Below are positions 8,894 to 18,764 of a stretch of 64,000 nt of DNA, one piece after another. Numbering within the stretch: position 1 is the stretch's first letter; each line of letters begins with the position of its first letter. Position numbers and translations under genes: made by a program. The DNA comes from a virus (Duplodnaviria > Caudoviricetes). The notes beneath the pieces were generated by a model, which did no database searches, had not been told where the DNA came from, and was given only the letters and a program-made list of their open reading frames with translations. The stretch is from positions 32,001 to 96,000 of the IMG/VR virus record IMGVR_UViG_3300012979_000030. One strand, given 5' to 3'.

Positions 8894-10780
8894 ATGACAG
8901 TTAGAATACAAATGAGAAGAGATACTGCTGCTAATTGGATTAAATATAATCCCATTTTAGCAAGTGGTGAAATTGGTCTTGAAACAGACACTAGTAAAAT
9001 AAAAGTAGGTAATGGCAATGATGTATATACAGATTTACCATACAAAATAGTAACAACAGAACAAATCAATTTAATTAGTCAACAACAATTGACAGGTGAA
9101 TCAATTACAGGTGGTGCTATTAAATATGGTATTTGGTATGCTGTGTCATCTGGTAATGTTGCTAGAAATAGAACTGTTACAGATTTCATTGAATTACCAA
9201 CAACACATAATCATGAATTGTTGTTTAAAATACCATTGCTTGATTTAAGTAGTCCAGAATACCCATTTATATCATTATATAAAGCACCTAGCAATGATAC
9301 TGCATCATTGGTTGGATATTTTAAAAGAGATGGTGGAACATTAGGTGGATCAGAATTAACAATTTCTGATGTAAAATGTGTTGCAGATACAACAATTAAT
9401 AGTTCACCATATTATTTGTATGAACCATCAACAAAAACACTTAGTTATAATCCATCAGAAGTAAAATATATTAGATGTTCATTACAAGATGCTCAATTAA
9501 CATATGAATATACTATTACAACACAAAATGTTGTTGAAAGTGTTGATATTACACATGGTGTTATCAAGTCAACACATATTGAACCAACATATCATTATTC
9601 AAATGTTGTTCGTGGTAATATGTATAATAATAAAACATATATACTTCCAGAAACAACTGGAAATGTTGCAGCAGCAGCAATGATGACATTGACATCATTA
9701 GAAGATGGTTCAACATTTTCTTGCCCTACTCGTGTATTAACAGAACCAATTGAATTAAAATATGATGGTCTTGTAATAGATGGTACAATCTATGACTACC
9801 CAGGTGGTGGTTATGATACATTGTTATTTTATGACGAAAATAATACACCAATTGAAGGGTATGAAGGTATCAATGGTGCTTTAAATATAATTACAACAAA
9901 TCAAATTGATATTGACTCAAGTGTGTCTAAATTAACAATTGTGACAAGTAATTCAACAACAGCACATATAAAAGTTCCACCTACCTACAAATATGTAAGA
10001 TCTTCAACAACATTTACTCCAAATGCTGGTATAGAAAATGGTGGTATAATTGTCAAGTATCATTATATTGGTGAACCAGAAAAAAATATTATTACATCAA
10101 CAACATTAGATGAATATATTGATGGTAAAATTAAATTGCCTACACAAACATCTGGAACATATCATTGGTCAGAAAACTATGGTAAATCGGTTGTTGCTCT
10201 TGGTGGTTCATTTGCTACAACTGGATATGCTCAACGTGCATATGATATTTGGAATGAAAAATTAGGATTATCATATAAATCAGTTGCAGTTGGTGGTGCT
10301 GGTTTCTGTGTTGGTTCAACATTTGTAACACAAGCAACCAATGCTCCTGTTGCAGACATTTATGTAATTTGGTGTTCAACAAATGACTTTGCAAATGGTA
10401 AACCAATTGGAACAAAAGATGATGATTATGCAACCACACCAACACAATGGTCTGCATTTAAAAAGGTTATAGAAACCTTATATACTAAAAACCCAAATGC
10501 AAAAATTTGTTTATTCACATCATCACCACATTTAACAAATGCAAAAGGTAATGAAGAAGGTATTGGTAGTGCAAGTTCATTGACACCATTAAAAGAATAT
10601 GTTGATGCACAAATTGCTGTATGTAAACATTATAGTATTCCTGTGTTGGATCAATATTATCAATCAAATCATAACTCATTTACAAAATCATTGGTATGTA
10701 AAAGTGGTGATTTCCATTTAACTCCATATGGTTATGAAGTTATGGCAGGAAGACAATTGCAAATGTTAGCAAGTTTATAA
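8894..10780 (+). CDS. Tailspike/fibre protein: Mtd_N-like N-terminus plus C-terminal SGNH/GDSL esterase
   Basis: RIQMRRDTAANW...NPILASGEIGLETDT..IKVGNG N-terminus; SGNH blocks ALGGSFA, AVGGAG, WCSTND, DFHLTPYGY. Confidence 0.8.
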   Translation: MTVRIQMRRDTAANWIKYNPILASGEIGLETDTSKIKVGNGNDVYTDLPYKIVTTEQINLISQQQLTGESITGGAIKYGIWYAVSSGNVARNRTVTDFIELPTTHNHELLFKIPLLDLSSPEYPFISLYKAPSNDTASLVGYFKRDGGTLGGSELTISDVKCVADTTINSSPYYLYEPSTKTLSYNPSEVKYIRCSLQDAQLTYEYTITTQNVVESVDITHGVIKSTHIEPTYHYSNVVRGNMYNNKTYILPETTGNVAAAAMMTLTSLEDGSTFSCPTRVLTEPIELKYDGLVIDGTIYDYPGGGYDTLLFYDENNTPIEGYEGINGALNIITTNQIDIDSSVSKLTIVTSNSTTAHIKVPPTYKYVRSSTTFTPNAGIENGGIIVKYHYIGEPEKNIITSTTLDEYIDGKIKLPTQTSGTYHWSENYGKSVVALGGSFATTGYAQRAYDIWNEKLGLSYKSVAVGGAGFCVGSTFVTQATNAPVADIYVIWCSTNDFANGKPIGTKDDDYATTPTQWSAFKKVIETLYTKNPNAKICLFTSSPHLTNAKGNEEGIGSASSLTPLKEYVDAQIAVCKHYSIPVLDQYYQSNHNSFTKSLVCKSGDFHLTPYGYEVMAGRQLQMLASL

Positions 10781-10796
10781 AATTTCTAATATTATT

Positions 10797-10823
10797 AAGA
10801 GGGAGTTTATACTCCCTCTTTTT
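10797..10823 (+). terminator. Intrinsic terminator
   Basis: AAGAGGGAGT-ttat-ACTCCCTCTT followed by a T-tract. Confidence 0.75.
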
Positions 10824-10875
10824 GATAGGGACATTTATGTCCTTAACAAAAAATAATTAAAAATGGGAAAGTTAT

Positions 10876-11520
10876 TTACTTTCCCATTTTTTCTAATACT
10901 TCTTTTTCTAAATCCTCAATTGTTCCATCATTTTTAAAAATATGTTTAGGTCTATCATAACCAACCCATCTCCATTCAGATTCATGGATTTTATCTAAAT
11001 CATCAACAACATATAAAGGATTAAAGTTAAGCGCTACATATAAATAATGACTTAATTTATTGAGTTCAAGATACCATTTTGGTAGTTCACCTCTTTCAAC
11101 ACGATAAATTGTTCCACCAAGTTCTTTAATCATGTCAATTTCATTTGGAAATCTAACATCTGTAATAACAACATTTTTATCAGAGTTCATAATTTTCTTT
11201 TTTAATGAATCAACCCAAATACTTTGTAAGAAATGATTTCTCAAAACTTCTGTCCCAAGTTGTTGTAAAATAATTCTTGGTGTAATCATTTTACCAAAAG
11301 CAACTGACCAATAATCATCTGCTTTTTCTCTCCACTCTCTTGATTCAATAGTATCACCTTGTAATAGTTTTCTATCCCAACCCATTAAAATAGCAGTAAT
11401 ATCTTTTAATGTGTCAGCAAAAGACATTTTTACAAACGATTCATCATTCTTACAAATAATATCACCAATGGTATCTTTTCCACTATTTTTAAGTCCACAA
11501 ATTCCAATAACTTTTGTCAT
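10876..11520 (-). CDS. Deoxynucleoside monophosphate kinase (T4 gp1-like)
   Basis: GICGLKNSGKDT P-loop, SFADTLKD, TPRIILQQLGTEVLR, VITDVRFPNE, HESE. Confidence 0.9.
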   Translation of the reverse strand: MTKVIGICGLKNSGKDTIGDIICKNDESFVKMSFADTLKDITAILMGWDRKLLQGDTIESREWREKADDYWSVAFGKMITPRIILQQLGTEVLRNHFLQSIWVDSLKKKIMNSDKNVVITDVRFPNEIDMIKELGGTIYRVERGELPKWYLELNKLSHYLYVALNFNPLYVVDDLDKIHESEWRWVGYDRPKHIFKNDGTIEDLEKEVLEKMGK

Positions 11521-11736
11521 TTATTCCTCTGTTGCATAAATTAATTTATACCAATTTTTACCTTTATAAGTTAAATTTGATACTTTTGTTGTTGTTTTAG
11601 AAATTCTTTCTGTAATTTCAACAACTAATTTACCATTACCAAGTTCAGAACATGAATATTTTGTATTATCAGTGGAAATGAGTTCTTGAAAATCTGCTTC
11701 CTCATTTCGTTTAATATAATATGCAATCTTAATCAT
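11521..11736 (-). CDS. Hypothetical protein
   Basis: Abuts both neighbours in a minus-strand operon. Confidence 0.6.
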   Translation of the reverse strand: MIKIAYYIKRNEEADFQELISTDNTKYSCSELGNGKLVVEITERISKTTTKVSNLTYKGKNWYKLIYATEE

Positions 11737-12180
11737 TTATAACATCTCCTTAATTTTTTTAGAAACATAACCAAAATCCATCTGACCTGAATATTTGGAT
11801 TTTAATACACCCATTAATTTACCCATATCTTTCATAGATGTAATGGAATTGGTTTCAATTTCTTGTTTAAGTATATCATCAATTTCATCAGTTGTCAATT
11901 GTTTTGGTAAGAATTGTGATAAAATACTGACTTCTTTTTCATTCTTTTCAACCAAATCTTCTCTGCCACCTGTTTTAAACATTTCAATAGCATCTTTTGT
12001 TTGTTTGATAAGTTTTTGAACTAATGACAAAATAACATCATCATTCATTTCTTTGTTAGATGTTCTTAATTCAATTTCTTTGTTTTTGATTTCTGCTCTT
12101 AAAGTGCTAATAACTCTTTTAGCATCTTCATCTTTATTTAACATTGCTTGTTTAAAAGCATTTGTAATTTTTGTTTGCAT
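11737..12180 (-). CDS. GatB/YqeY domain protein
   Basis: KQAMLNKD...LRAEIKNKEI...GGREDLVEK...FLPKQL...KDMGKLMG signature. Confidence 0.9.
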   Translation of the reverse strand: MQTKITNAFKQAMLNKDEDAKRVISTLRAEIKNKEIELRTSNKEMNDDVILSLVQKLIKQTKDAIEMFKTGGREDLVEKNEKEVSILSQFLPKQLTTDEIDDILKQEIETNSITSMKDMGKLMGVLKSKYSGQMDFGYVSKKIKEML

Positions 12181-12181
12181 C

Positions 12182-12391
12182 TTAATTCTCCATATGTTCT
12201 TTTAATTCTTCTCTTTTTTTCCAACCACAAACAAATTTATGTGTTGGTGTATCATATTCATGGTATTCACCATATGTCAAACAATGTTTTCCAATATTAA
12301 CTTTCATTCTGTGTATAGCAACATCTCTTTGATATACACATAAACAAAAAATAAATACACCAATAATTATATAAAATAATAAATTTTTCAT
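12182..12391 (-). CDS. Small protein with an N-terminal hydrophobic segment
   Basis: LLFYIIIGVFIFCLCV; operon context. Confidence 0.55.
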   Translation of the reverse strand: MKNLLFYIIIGVFIFCLCVYQRDVAIHRMKVNIGKHCLTYGEYHEYDTPTHKFVCGWKKREELKEHMEN

Positions 12392-12404
12392 TTATTTTTC
12401 TATT

Positions 12405-12701
12405 TTAATCCTTAAATTCTATTTCTTTGTATTCAATTTTAATTGTATATTGTGATAATTGACAAATCAAATCTTTTGCTTCACCAAAATTATATAATTT
12501 TTCAGTTTTTCTAATTTCATTTAACTGATTAGTTTGATATTCTTTATGCATATGTGAAAATAATTTGAAAATATCTTCATCAGACAAATATTGAGACTCT
12601 AAACAAATTGTACAACCTGTATATACATCACTAATTGGTGATACATCAACAACTTTACCGTTTAATCTTGTAACCAAAAACATACCATCAAATTTTACCA
12701 T
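12405..12701 (-). CDS. Hypothetical protein
   Basis: AGGAG RBS; operon context. Confidence 0.6.
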   Translation of the reverse strand: MVKFDGMFLVTRLNGKVVDVSPISDVYTGCTICLESQYLSDEDIFKLFSHMHKEYQTNQLNEIRKTEKLYNFGEAKDLICQLSQYTIKIEYKEIEFKD

Positions 12702-12758
12702 TATATTTCTCCTTAATGTTCACACATATCTAATTTTCTTCTATTACAAAATTTTACC

Positions 12759-12947
12759 TTAATTTATTGGAAGTGTAATAATATCAAAATATTCCCAATC
12801 ATCAGTATCGTATATTTCTTGTTCATCTTCTAATTCTAATACAACCTTATCAAGTTCTGAACCTGTATCACACATAGTAACAAACTCATGCATTTCCTCA
12901 ATATCTCTATTTGGATAATATTTAATGACAATAAATTTTGCAGACAT
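12759..12947 (-). CDS. Small acidic hypothetical protein
   Basis: AGGAG RBS. Confidence 0.6.
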   Translation of the reverse strand: MSAKFIVIKYYPNRDIEEMHEFVTMCDTGSELDKVVLELEDEQEIYDTDDWEYFDIITLPIN

Positions 12948-12977
12948 ACTACTTTCTCCTAATGATTGTAAATTATT

Positions 12978-13274
12978 TTAAATATTTTTGTTTAATATAA
13001 TTAAATTACCATATCTGTTTTGATAATGGGTTTTATCATGACCACTTTCAATAATAATTTTTGTTCTAAATCCATATACAGTATTCCCATTTTCATCTCT
13101 GAACCAATTGGCCTTTAATGCTCTCCAGTCCCAAATGTACCCTTTATGTTGGAATATAATATTATCATTTGTTGAAAAAATTACATCAGCTTTGTCCAAT
13201 AATTGTCTTTGGATTGTTTTTAATAATTCAGAATGCAGTTTATCTTCAAAAATATAAGTTTTAGTCATGTGCAA
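12978..13274 (-). CDS. Hypothetical protein
   Basis: Overlaps the stop of the upstream gene. Confidence 0.55.
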   Translation of the reverse strand: MHMTKTYIFEDKLHSELLKTIQRQLLDKADVIFSTNDNIIFQHKGYIWDWRALKANWFRDENGNTVYGFRTKIIIESGHDKTHYQNRYGNLIILNKNI

Positions 13275-13452
13275 TATCCATTTGTTGTAATTTTTTCAAA
13301 GACATTTGATATGCTTTCTCTTTTGTGGGTGCTACAAAATCTCCATACACTTCCTCTTTTTTGTTATTATAAGATAAAAAGCATACCCAACCACCCATCA
13401 ATGTTTTATGATATTTTATTTTAAGTTTTTTACCACAAGATGTATTGTTCAT
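13261..13452 (-). CDS. Small hypothetical early protein
   Basis: ATG 13452 with AAGGA RBS, downstream of a sigma70 promoter (track start 13515 lies upstream of that promoter). Confidence 0.55.
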   Translation of the reverse strand: MNNTSCGKKLKIKYHKTLMGGWVCFLSYNNKKEEVYGDFVAPTKEKAYQMSLKKLQQMDIAHD

Positions 13453-13480
13453 TTTAATTATCCTTTCTGTTGATATATGC

Positions 13481-13509
13481 AATATATCATATGAATTACA
13501 AATTGTCAA
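13481..13509 (-). promoter_or_regulatory. Sigma70-type early promoter
   Basis: TTGACA-N17(ending TGA)-TATATT. Confidence 0.65.
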
Positions 13510-13578
13510 TAGCAAAAGAATATCATAACTTAAAAATATCTTTTCTTATATTTTGTATCATTATTTTTCGGTCAATAT

Positions 13579-13731
13579 TTAACGAGGCCACCAAATCCAT
13601 AACATAATATAAAAAACAATAGGTCCAATAATAATAAACCAAGGTGATACAAAAATACTCAATAATATTATAACATTAATAGGTACAGTAATATTAAATA
13701 CAGCATAATTGCTATCTAAATCAAAAAACAT
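13579..13731 (-). CDS. 50-aa membrane peptide not in the ORF track
   Basis: GGAG RBS; MFFDLDSNYAVFNITVPINVIILLSIFVSPWFIIIGPIVFYIMLWIWWPR*. Confidence 0.55.
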   Translation of the reverse strand: MFFDLDSNYAVFNITVPINVIILLSIFVSPWFIIIGPIVFYIMLWIWWPR

Positions 13732-13751
13732 ATTAACTCTCCTTCCATTCA

Positions 13752-13967
13752 CTATATTATAATTATATACTGCTCATAATAATTTGTCAATACATAAACT
13801 GGTATTAAATTAATCCTTGTCATATATTCATATACTCCATCATTCAAATATTTTTTACGTATAAGTGGTGATGAATCCAAATTTTTCAAGATATCATTGT
13901 TATATTGATAATCATCTTTTTTTCTAACCAATTCTGACTGTTCAAGTTCTTTTAACATCATAACCAT
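13752..13967 (-). CDS. Hypothetical protein, possibly a remnant of a PNKP-associated ligase region
   Basis: Directly downstream of the PNK/phosphoesterase gene; AAGGA RBS. Confidence 0.4.
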   Translation of the reverse strand: MVMMLKELEQSELVRKKDDYQYNNDILKNLDSSPLIRKKYLNDGVYEYMTRINLIPVYVLTNYYEQYIIII

Positions 13968-13975
13968 CCTTTAAT

Positions 13976-15178
13976 TTAAAATGTTTTTGTTCTAATTTCT
14001 TTGTCATAAACATTGTTTTTAATATATAATGGATTAAATCCATCTTTTGTCAATTCAACAATTCTTAAATATCTACCAAATTCTACTTTTCCTTCTAAAT
14101 TAAATGTTCTACCATTTTGGATTGGAACATAATTAATATTTCTATGACCATGAATTGAATAAGCAATATCAATAGTATTTCTATTGAAGTATTCATCTAC
14201 CAACTCACCATCACCATAACTACCAACACCCTTAATATTTTGAATTGTTTTATTAACAAACAATGGAATACAAGGTGTCCCACCATGAGTAACTATAACA
14301 TTCTTATTATCAAATGTCAAGTAGAATTTATCTACTAATTTCTTTGATATTTTTGTTAAATTTTCTTTTAAATCACCCATATCTTCCAATGATTTAACAA
14401 AGGCAGGAGTTAAATATGCATCAAAACCAGATTTAACATAATTATCTACCCAAATTTCATGATTACCCTTTAATAAAACCACATTTGGTTGGTCAACCAT
14501 ATCTAATAAGAATTGTAATACTTCTTTTGCTTGAATACCTCTGTCAAAATAGTCACCACAGAAGATATATAGATTATCTTTTGTAAATGGTTCTTTATCA
14601 AAGTATTCTTTCAATGGTTCATAACAACTATGTATATCACCAAATACTACAACTTTTTTATAGTCATTTACATCAATTGGATTATCTGTTGAATATAGGT
14701 ATTCCATTACATCATTATATGGAATGACATTATAACCATCTAAGTTTGTCTGTTTCATGCTTTCATACATTTTAACAATAACATCTTTTGGAACTTGTTT
14801 ATATTGTTCTCTACTGGCATTTCTTTTCAATACTGTTTCTAAATCAATTTCAGAAAAATCTGCAACAACAAGTTCATATCCAAACTTTTCACAAAGTTTT
14901 TTATAATCTTTGTAGTAAAATAATTTGGTATGTGTTGCATCTACAACAGTAAAATCACCAGATGCCATTCTATATTCCAAGATAGTTTGAAATAAATCCC
15001 AAACTCTTTTATCATTATCTGATGGAATTGATAATGTTCCATCAATATTTGTTTTTGGTGCAGAAAACATTAATCTAATAGTATCAGGTGATAATGTATA
15101 TTTTTCCAACCCATTATCTTTAATCCATGTTGATTTGCCTGAACCAGGAACACCTCTTGTTACTAATAATATTTTCAT
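13976..15178 (-). CDS. Polynucleotide kinase plus calcineurin-like phosphoesterase (PNKP-like, no ligase domain)
   Basis: RGVPGSGKST P-loop, VVDATH; GDIHSC, GDYFDRG, GNHE, THGG, HGH metallophosphoesterase motifs; start 15178 with GAGG RBS. Confidence 0.9.
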   Translation of the reverse strand: MKILLVTRGVPGSGKSTWIKDNGLEKYTLSPDTIRLMFSAPKTNIDGTLSIPSDNDKRVWDLFQTILEYRMASGDFTVVDATHTKLFYYKDYKKLCEKFGYELVVADFSEIDLETVLKRNASREQYKQVPKDVIVKMYESMKQTNLDGYNVIPYNDVMEYLYSTDNPIDVNDYKKVVVFGDIHSCYEPLKEYFDKEPFTKDNLYIFCGDYFDRGIQAKEVLQFLLDMVDQPNVVLLKGNHEIWVDNYVKSGFDAYLTPAFVKSLEDMGDLKENLTKISKKLVDKFYLTFDNKNVIVTHGGTPCIPLFVNKTIQNIKGVGSYGDGELVDEYFNRNTIDIAYSIHGHRNINYVPIQNGRTFNLEGKVEFGRYLRIVELTKDGFNPLYIKNNVYDKEIRTKTF

Positions 15179-15200
15179 AATACACCTCTTTTTAAAAATT

Positions 15201-15258
15201 AATAAACCCACTCTTCATTAAGTGGGTTTATTATATCAAATAAAATAAAAGATGTCAA
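15201..15258 (-). promoter_or_regulatory. Consensus sigma70 promoter overlapping a terminator-like hairpin
   Basis: TTGACA(15258-15253)-N17-TATAAT(15235-15230); hairpin AATAAACCCACT...AGTGGGTTTATT at 15201-15232. Confidence 0.7.
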
Positions 15259-15266
15259 GCAAAATA

Positions 15267-16952
15267 TTAATAAACTAATTCATCCATATCATATTCTGGT
15301 TCTTGATTTTTCAAAATTTTATCTTTTCTTGAAATATTTATAGTCATAACTTCTCTATCAATTTTATCAAAATCATTTTCTGATATCTTTCCACTTGTTA
15401 TCATTAGTGGTTTAAATTTATCATAAAATTCATGTGTGTCAAGTGTTTTTTTTGCTTTTGAAATTATCATCCATAAACCTTTTTCTGTAAAGTCAAGAAT
15501 AGGTATAAATTGTTCTGGGTATTCCAATGCATTAATATGCATATATCTATTAACCACGTTTGCTACACCCTTTACATCACCATATGTTTTTAATATATCT
15601 TTGCAGATTGCAACTTTATTTTGTGAATTTTCCATATATGCATATATAATTTTATTAAATTCAATATTTTCTTTTATATCACTATTTTCACTTATTGTTT
15701 TTAACATTTTCATTCCACCATCAATACGGGACAATTCTTCATATGATGATGAAGATGTAATAAAATCCATAAATACAAAACTTTTATATAATGATGGATT
15801 TATATATGGATATAATTTATATAATACATTAACTATATCTGAGTTACTAACTGTTCCACCATCCAATCTTCTTGTATAGACTAATCTTTTTAATGTTAAT
15901 TCAGATGTATTATATTTTGTATCTTCTGTTATTGTATCACCAAATTGAACCATAATTCTATATGGAATATACTTATAACAAATGTTGTTCAACATACTTA
16001 TTTGTTTTTTTGGTTCTGTTTGATTTAATTCATATATTCGTTTACCTAATCTATCATTATTATACATTTTTTGTATAATTTGTTCTAATGGTTTTGGAGA
16101 TTTTAAGAATTTCATCAGAACCTTAGGATTTGATATAACATCTGAATATATTTTATTTAATTTCTCAGTGCTTAATAATTTATTTCTTTCTTGGGCATTA
16201 AACTTAAAAGATGAAAGTTTACTATCATATGAATGCATTTTAACTTGTTCAATAAAATTATCCCTATCCAAACCATTGATTTCTTTTTCATCCAATGTAT
16301 CAATTATCCATTTTACAAATTCCCAAACACGGATATAGAATGATTTGATGACATTTTTATCACCATCATTCAAAAAGCCTCTTGGACCACGCCACTCTAA
16401 TGTTTTATTTCTGTGAACATTTATCAATGAATATTTGTCTGTATTACACATATCAAATATTTTTTTAAAATCATTCATTTCAACTGCATATTTTAAAGTA
16501 TCAAGATAACTTGTATCACTCCAATATGATTCAAAATTATAATCACCAAAAAACTTCAAATTTCTTTTCATTTTATCATCTAATGATAATTTAGACATTA
16601 ACCAAATAACATCATCAGCAGTTATTCCTGGATATGAAATATGATGATGAAATCCACAACTATCATTTACATAATATTCAGAGTCCAATGTTTCATCAAA
16701 AAAGTTAACTATTTTATTAAATGTTGTTATATTCACAGGAAAAACAGGACTTGCATACTCAAATGTTGTATCATCATAATCATCACTATTAATTGATGAA
16801 TCATCATGTAAGTCTCCACCATCACCAAAATATGATTTAAAAAATTCATTAATGGTTGAAATATCTTCTTCACCTTTCCATATGGCTTCTAATTCAAATC
16901 CCATTGTGAATTCTGATACCAATTTTCTTTCTATTAACATTTCACTAAACAT
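15267..16952 (-). CDS. Amidoligase-2-like (COOH-NH2 ligase fold) protein A
   Basis: MGFELE, HDDSS, FEYASP, SCGFHHHIS, KY..IN, TLEWRGP motifs. Confidence 0.75.
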   Translation of the reverse strand: MFSEMLIERKLVSEFTMGFELEAIWKGEEDISTINEFFKSYFGDGGDLHDDSSINSDDYDDTTFEYASPVFPVNITTFNKIVNFFDETLDSEYYVNDSCGFHHHISYPGITADDVIWLMSKLSLDDKMKRNLKFFGDYNFESYWSDTSYLDTLKYAVEMNDFKKIFDMCNTDKYSLINVHRNKTLEWRGPRGFLNDGDKNVIKSFYIRVWEFVKWIIDTLDEKEINGLDRDNFIEQVKMHSYDSKLSSFKFNAQERNKLLSTEKLNKIYSDVISNPKVLMKFLKSPKPLEQIIQKMYNNDRLGKRIYELNQTEPKKQISMLNNICYKYIPYRIMVQFGDTITEDTKYNTSELTLKRLVYTRRLDGGTVSNSDIVNVLYKLYPYINPSLYKSFVFMDFITSSSSYEELSRIDGGMKMLKTISENSDIKENIEFNKIIYAYMENSQNKVAICKDILKTYGDVKGVANVVNRYMHINALEYPEQFIPILDFTEKGLWMIISKAKKTLDTHEFYDKFKPLMITSGKISENDFDKIDREVMTINISRKDKILKNQEPEYDMDELVY

Positions 16953-16955
16953 TTT

Positions 16956-18710
16956 TTATTTCCTTATATATACACCATATTTTTCTAATTCTGTTATTTG
17001 CTCATCACTCAAAAATTCAACAACTGATGGTTCCCTCTTAATTATATTAAATAAATCTTTTACTGATGGTTTTCCTACATAAAATAAATATAAATCTTCA
17101 CCAACTTTATTAATATTATTCACAATCATAGAATTCCAGGTATTTTTTAAATTTGATTTACCAACGATTGATGTAATATCATTACATTTAACATCATACA
17201 TACCCTTAATTTGTAAATTATGTAAGATTGCCTGTTTTAATAACCAATAATATAATTTTGATTTTAATTCATCAGACATAATATCACCAAGTGTATTTGA
17301 ATTATAGATATAATAATTTATTTGGGTTAAATTTATATCACCAATTTTTAAACACAAATTAAATATTGATTTTTCTATCACTTGCAAATTTAATGGAAAT
17401 TTACATTCAACAAGTGTATTGAGCATTGACATTATCAATTTGTTCATATCTTTGATTTTATAAATTGAATTATATACTATTTCCTTATCAACAACATCTA
17501 AAACATTAGACCTATAGCATTTTTTTAATATATATGGTATATTTTCTGAACAACTCATTGATACAAGTTTATTAATGAATGTTTTAACATCATAATTTTC
17601 TGCATCACCAATAATTTCATAAAATGAATCTTCAACACTTAAAACAAAATTATATTTTTCATTTCCAATAATATTTTTTACCATGTTGTTTTCTTTAATA
17701 ACACATTTATACAATATATCCTTATTTTTATTGCATTTTGATAAAAAGTTTTTTATTGAATTACTAGATAAACCACTCTTTTTATTTGTTTTAAATTTAA
17801 TATCCTTAGAACTATCATATGATTCATCATGTGTCAAAAATTCTAATGTTGGTTTTGATGGTGCTTTTTCAACTGCTTTTTCTAATTCTGCAAAAAACTC
17901 ATCTTTTGGTGTTCCAATACCAACTAATTTATCAGAATCCATATATGTTTTTATTTTTCCAATCAATTTTATGAACAATTTATAAAAATTCTTAATTGAA
18001 TCAGAAACACCATCATTCATAAAATCCCTTGGACCTCTCCATTCCAATGTTCCTTGTGGGTGAATTCTAAATACTCTCCATTTTCTTGTCCCTAAATATG
18101 ATAGTACCTCTACATAATCTCGTTCTCTTAATGCATCACCCAAACCTATAATGGACTCATATGATGCCCATTCATCACTATATAATGAATATCCATCCAT
18201 TTTTCCAAAATCATTCTTTAGTGTTGGTTCAGAGGCCATATTACAGTATATCCATACCATATCACGTTCTGTTAAACCTTTAAAATGTAAATGATGATGA
18301 AACCCACATGTTTTATTTGTATATACACCACTCTCTAATAATTCATATAATGTTTTTATAATAGCATTGAACCATATTGGTTTACATGGAATTATAGGAC
18401 TCGAGTATTCAAATGAAATATCATTATAACTATAATCATCGGTGCTGACAGAAGAATCTTCATGACATCCATCACTACCAATCAAATCACCATCACCATA
18501 GTGTTTTAATCTATTTGTAATATAGTCTTTTATATTATTTAAACGTGCCTCATCTACATCATCTTCATCATATACACCATATTCAATTTCATTATATATT
18601 TCACTGTCTTCTTTGATACATCCTTCTAATTCAAACCCCATTGTGAAATCAGATGTTAATAGTGTTTCATCTAATCTTTCTAATTGCTCTAATAGTTGAT
18701 TTTTAGACAT
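16956..18710 (-). CDS. Amidoligase-2-like protein B
   Basis: MGFELE, HEDSSV, FEYSSP, TCGFHHHLH, HPQGTLEWRGPR. Confidence 0.75.
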   Translation of the reverse strand: MSKNQLLEQLERLDETLLTSDFTMGFELEGCIKEDSEIYNEIEYGVYDEDDVDEARLNNIKDYITNRLKHYGDGDLIGSDGCHEDSSVSTDDYSYNDISFEYSSPIIPCKPIWFNAIIKTLYELLESGVYTNKTCGFHHHLHFKGLTERDMVWIYCNMASEPTLKNDFGKMDGYSLYSDEWASYESIIGLGDALRERDYVEVLSYLGTRKWRVFRIHPQGTLEWRGPRDFMNDGVSDSIKNFYKLFIKLIGKIKTYMDSDKLVGIGTPKDEFFAELEKAVEKAPSKPTLEFLTHDESYDSSKDIKFKTNKKSGLSSNSIKNFLSKCNKNKDILYKCVIKENNMVKNIIGNEKYNFVLSVEDSFYEIIGDAENYDVKTFINKLVSMSCSENIPYILKKCYRSNVLDVVDKEIVYNSIYKIKDMNKLIMSMLNTLVECKFPLNLQVIEKSIFNLCLKIGDINLTQINYYIYNSNTLGDIMSDELKSKLYYWLLKQAILHNLQIKGMYDVKCNDITSIVGKSNLKNTWNSMIVNNINKVGEDLYLFYVGKPSVKDLFNIIKREPSVVEFLSDEQITELEKYGVYIRK

Positions 18711-18764
18711 ATAATTATCCCCATAAATATTGTATAATAGTATTTATGGGGATTTATTCTTATA

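Noticed and set aside
1326-10780. Diversity-generating retroelement, suggested by the Mtd_N domain and hypervariable repeats
   Set aside because: No reverse transcriptase or non-coding template repeat in the window; variation is not visibly confined to adenine positions; Mtd_N is only an anchoring domain
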